Shown one piece after another: positions 22,285 to 25,384 of a DNA stretch of 25,384 bases; position 1 is the first letter of the stretch, and each line of letters opens with the position of its first letter. Both the position numbers and the translations under genes were made by a program. The stretch comes from Candidatus Colimorpha enterica. Lineage in GTDB: Bacteria > Bacillota > Clostridia > Oscillospirales > CAG-272. Location: positions 1 through 25,384 of the forward strand of contig JAGHTD010000196.1 of the NCBI GenBank assembly GCA_018065475.1, in the 5' to 3' direction. The notes below the pieces were generated by a model, which made no database searches, was not told the DNA's origin, and was given only the letters and a program-made list of their open reading frames with translations.

Positions 22285-23501
22285 TTATATTCTCCGATTA
22301 TGGCGTTTTCGCAGTCCGACTTGAGGATCGTGTCGGCGGATGATTCGTATATGGGGGACCTTTCCTCAAATATCCTTTTCAGCTTCCCGCAGTCGGACGT
22401 CAGCGGACGGTCGGGCGACGGGATGAGGTCGGCAAGCTCCTTTTTCAGATAGAAGACCCTGCCGTTCTTTTTCAGATTTTCGACGTTTGAGGGGTCGAGG
22501 ATCGCTCCGCCTCCGGTGGAGATCACCCTGCCGTCGGCTTTTTCGGTGAGGGAAGACACGACCTCGCTTTCGATCCTGCGGAAGACGTCCTCGCCGTCGG
22601 AGGTGATGATTTCGGCGGGCGTCCTGCCCGTCTTTTCGTATATTACACCGTCGGTGTCGTAAAACGGTCTGCCGAGCGCGTCGGCGACGGCCTTCCCCAC
22701 GGCTGTTTTTCCGCAGGAGGGCATACCGATGAGGATGACGTTCTCGGTGCTTTTTCTTATCTTTTCATAGATCGCCGAGCCGTCGATCTCCCTGTCAAAA
22801 AAGAGTGAGGCGGCGTATATCGCCTGCGTGACGAGCATACGGAGGCCGTTTTCGGCTCTTATTCCGCGCTTTTCGGCGTCGAGAATGAGCTTCGTCCGTC
22901 TCGGGTTGTAAACGGCGTCGCAGACGAAACGGAGATGAGGAAACCGCGAAACGCCGATCGGCGACACGCCGGCGTGCGGGTACATCCCGACCGGGGTGCA
23001 GTTTATCACGGCGTCGGTATCCCCGGGGATCGAGGCGTAGCCGACGTCCTTTCCCTTCGGGTTGCGGCTGACGCGGAATATTTCGGCGTCTTTCCACAGC
23101 TTTCCCGCGACGTAAACGGCGGTGAGTGAGGTGCCTCCCGTGCCGAGGACGGCGACCTTCTTCGGGATATAGCCGTCAGAGGCGCGTTTCAGCATTTCCT
23201 CCATACCGAAAACGTCGGTATTGTAGCCGTATAGCTTCCCGCCGCGGTTGAGGACGGTGTTGACACAGCCGATCTCCTTCGCTTCGGGGCTGATTATATC
23301 GAGGTATTTCATCACCGCTTTTTTGTACGGGATCGTTACGTTGACGGCGTCGAAGTCCTTTTCGGCGAAAAAGCCGTCAAGCTCCTCTTCCGCAAGAGGG
23401 CAGAGAACGTAGGGATATGCGCCGATCTCCTCACCTATCGCCGAGTGTATCTCGACCGAGAGGGAGTGAGAAAGCGGATTGCCGATGAGACCGTATTTCA
23501 T
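22281..23501 (-). CDS. aroE: Fused shikimate dehydrogenase (AroE) and shikimate kinase (AroK)
   Basis: N-terminal: HSLS..IH, NVTIPYK, GCVNT, GYNTD, GTGG. C-terminal: GMPSCGKT (P-loop), DTD, GEDVFR, STGGG, RP. Confidence 0.9.
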   Translation of the reverse strand: MKYGLIGNPLSHSLSVEIHSAIGEEIGAYPYVLCPLAEEELDGFFAEKDFDAVNVTIPYKKAVMKYLDIISPEAKEIGCVNTVLNRGGKLYGYNTDVFGMEEMLKRASDGYIPKKVAVLGTGGTSLTAVYVAGKLWKDAEIFRVSRNPKGKDVGYASIPGDTDAVINCTPVGMYPHAGVSPIGVSRFPHLRFVCDAVYNPRRTKLILDAEKRGIRAENGLRMLVTQAIYAASLFFDREIDGSAIYEKIRKSTENVILIGMPSCGKTAVGKAVADALGRPFYDTDGVIYEKTGRTPAEIITSDGEDVFRRIESEVVSSLTEKADGRVISTGGGAILDPSNVENLKKNGRVFYLKKELADLIPSPDRPLTSDCGKLKRIFEERSPIYESSADTILKSDCENAIIGEYK

Positions 23502-24577
23502 CTTAAAAATCTTCCCGAGACGAGAAGGTCAAGGAGCGCAAGCTCGGTCACGGCGGTGACGACCTGCGGAACTCTTATGGCGAAGCAGGGGTCGTTTCTG
23601 CCTCCGAAGGCGACGGATCCCGGCTTTGCCGGATCGTTCTTCGACACCGTGGTCTGAGGCAGGGCGATCGTCGGGGTGGGTTTCAGCGCAGTCGTGAAGA
23701 CGACGGGCATACCGTTTGAGATACCGCCGTTGATACCGCCCGCGCGGTTGGAGGAAGTCAAAAGGACGTTCTCCGCGGAGATGATCGGGTCGTTCGCCTC
23801 GCTCCCCTTCATCGCCGAGAGGGCGAAGCCGTCGCCGAAGGAGATACCCTTGACGCCGGGGATCGAGAATACGGCGTGCGAGATCACCGATTCGAGACTG
23901 TCGAAGTATGGTTCGCCCACGCCTGCGGGGAGACCGAGGATGACCGTTTCAAGCGTCCCGCCGAGCGAGTCGCCTTCTTCTTTGACACGGAGTATCTCAC
24001 GCTTCATTTCCTCGGCGATCTCCGGGGAAACGACGGGGAAGAAAGCGTTTTTCAGCTCCCCGTGTGTCTTGCGGTCGGAAACATCAGACGGATCGGTCAC
24101 GCTGCCGACCGACTTTATCCTCGTAGCGGCCGAAACGCCGGGAAAACGGCCGCAAAGGACGCTCTCGGCTATCGCTCCGGCGGCGACGAGCAGGGAGGTC
24201 AGACGCCCCGAAAAGAAGCCCCCGCCCCTCATATCGGCAAAGCCGCCGTATTTGACGAAGGTGGTGAAGTCGGCGTGCGACGGGCGGAAATATTCCGGCT
24301 GATCGCCGTCACCGCAGTCGGAGTTGCCGATCGAAATGCAGATCGGCGTGCCGTCGGTGAAACCGCCGAAAACGCCTGCCGTTATTTCAAACCCGTCCGG
24401 CTCGATCCTTGAGGTGGATAACACCCCGTCGGGACGGCGCAGGGAAAGACGGCGGGAAATCAGCTCACCGTCAACGGCGATACCAGCCGGTATCCCGTCG
24501 AGGATGGCCGTCAGCTTTTCTCCTCTGCTTCTTCCGCTGACCGTCAGCGTCACGTTTTTTCCGAAAGTGCTGCTCAT
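23498..24577 (-). CDS. aroC: Chorismate synthase (divergent motifs)
   Basis: RPSHAD, RGGGFFSGR, GGINGGISNG, KPTPTI, RNDPC; lies between aroB and aroE. Confidence 0.88.
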   Translation of the reverse strand: MSSTFGKNVTLTVSGRSRGEKLTAILDGIPAGIAVDGELISRRLSLRRPDGVLSTSRIEPDGFEITAGVFGGFTDGTPICISIGNSDCGDGDQPEYFRPSHADFTTFVKYGGFADMRGGGFFSGRLTSLLVAAGAIAESVLCGRFPGVSAATRIKSVGSVTDPSDVSDRKTHGELKNAFFPVVSPEIAEEMKREILRVKEEGDSLGGTLETVILGLPAGVGEPYFDSLESVISHAVFSIPGVKGISFGDGFALSAMKGSEANDPIISAENVLLTSSNRAGGINGGISNGMPVVFTTALKPTPTIALPQTTVSKNDPAKPGSVAFGGRNDPCFAIRVPQVVTAVTELALLDLLVSGRFLR

Positions 24578-24581
24578 TCGA

Positions 24582-25384
24582 TTATCCCTTCGTTATCCTT
24601 CCGATACGCGCGGATATTTCCTCCGCGTCGAGTTTTTCTGTCCTGTAACTGCCTATCCTGTCGCAGATAATGCAGTTTATCTTCTTTCCTTCGCCCTTTT
24701 TGTCCTTCATCACGAGGGGAAGAAGGGCGTTTGCGTTCGTGCTTATCGAGGTCGGCAGACCGTGGCGGGAGATGAGGGCTGTCAGCCGATCCTTCGCCTC
24801 GCCCTCCGACATACAGAGCATACCGGGGCAGATCGCCTCGCCGTGCAGGAGTCCCTCCGCCATTTCGACGGCGTGACCGACGGTGTGGCCGAAGTTGAGC
24901 ACCCTGCGGGTGCCTTCGTCGCGGAAGTCAAGCCCGACTATCTCGTTTTTCAGCCCGACGGCGCGCTTTATTATCTCGGCGAGGTCGCCCTCGCCTCTTT
25001 CGAGCATTTCAAACAGTCCGGCGTCGAGGACGGCGGCGATCTTGATTATCTCCGCCATACCGCTCTCAAACTGCCTTTCCGGGAGCGATGAAAGCGTGGA
25101 AACGTCTATCATAACGCCTGCCGGCAGGGCGAAACATCCGACCGAGTTCTTCACTCCGCCGAAGTTGACGGCGGTCTTTCCTCCGACCGAAGCGTCCGCC
25201 TGCGAAAGCAGGGTGGTGGGGACGTAATAGCAGGGAATGCCCCTGCCGAAAACGGCACACGTGAACCCGACGAGATCGAGAAGACTTCCGCCTCCGACCG
25301 CGACGACCGGGTCGGCACGTGTCAGCCCGTCCTCAAAGAGGACCGAAAGGAGCCTTGAAGCGTTTTCGACCGTTTTCCCTTCCT
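24582..25384 (-). CDS. aroB: 3-dehydroquinate synthase (5' part beyond the right edge)
   Basis: The frame stays open to the window edge: EGKTVEN...AVGGG..LDLVGF...PTTLLSQADASVGGKTAVN...KN; AEIIK; LNFGHTVGHAVE; HGEAI; KDKK. Confidence 0.92.
   Translation of the reverse strand, partial: EGKTVENASRLLSVLFEDGLTRADPVVAVGGGSLLDLVGFTCAVFGRGIPCYYVPTTLLSQADASVGGKTAVNFGGVKNSVGCFALPAGVMIDVSTLSSLPERQFESGMAEIIKIAAVLDAGLFEMLERGEGDLAEIIKRAVGLKNEIVGLDFRDEGTRRVLNFGHTVGHAVEMAEGLLHGEAICPGMLCMSEGEAKDRLTALISRHGLPTSISTNANALLPLVMKDKKGEGKKINCIICDRIGSYRTEKLDAEEISARIGRITKG

Noticed and set aside
22281-23501. AroE-AroK fusion as a novelty
   Set aside because: This fusion is familiar from Clostridia-type genomes and both domains look ordinary.

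Overview
A chromosomal window from a GC-rich bacterium, probably a Clostridia-like Firmicute (sigma-A type promoters, Clostridial-type S21 and aroE-aroK fusion; taxonomy is inference). Left to right: (1) a truncated serine hydrolase plus msrC, a long PlsC-type acyltransferase and an AlkD-like repair gene; (2) a glycan-utilisation locus, with a GH39-like gene divergent from a tightly packed 7-gene operon (TIM-barrel isomerase/lyase, acyltransferase-3, threonine aldolase, GH78, Gfo/Idh/MocA oxidoreductase, GH20, LUD protein); (3) a ~730 bp non-coding gap between convergent terminators, filled with GTAG-tagged REP-like hairpins at 61-bp spacing, nested hairpin insertions and a 184-bp inverted-arm element; (4) a heparinase II/III-like lyase and an RsmJ-like methyltransferase; (5) two AT-rich genes flanking msrA, each broken at a homopolymer (G11 in a second acyltransferase-3, A7 in an HNH protein); (6) rpsU, which the ORF track missed, and the aroB-aroC-aroE/K-aroA operon, in which AroC lacks its conserved GESHG histidine. 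No CRISPR array, rRNA, tRNA, integrase or transposase was seen. All protein calls come from motifs read by eye, not database searches.
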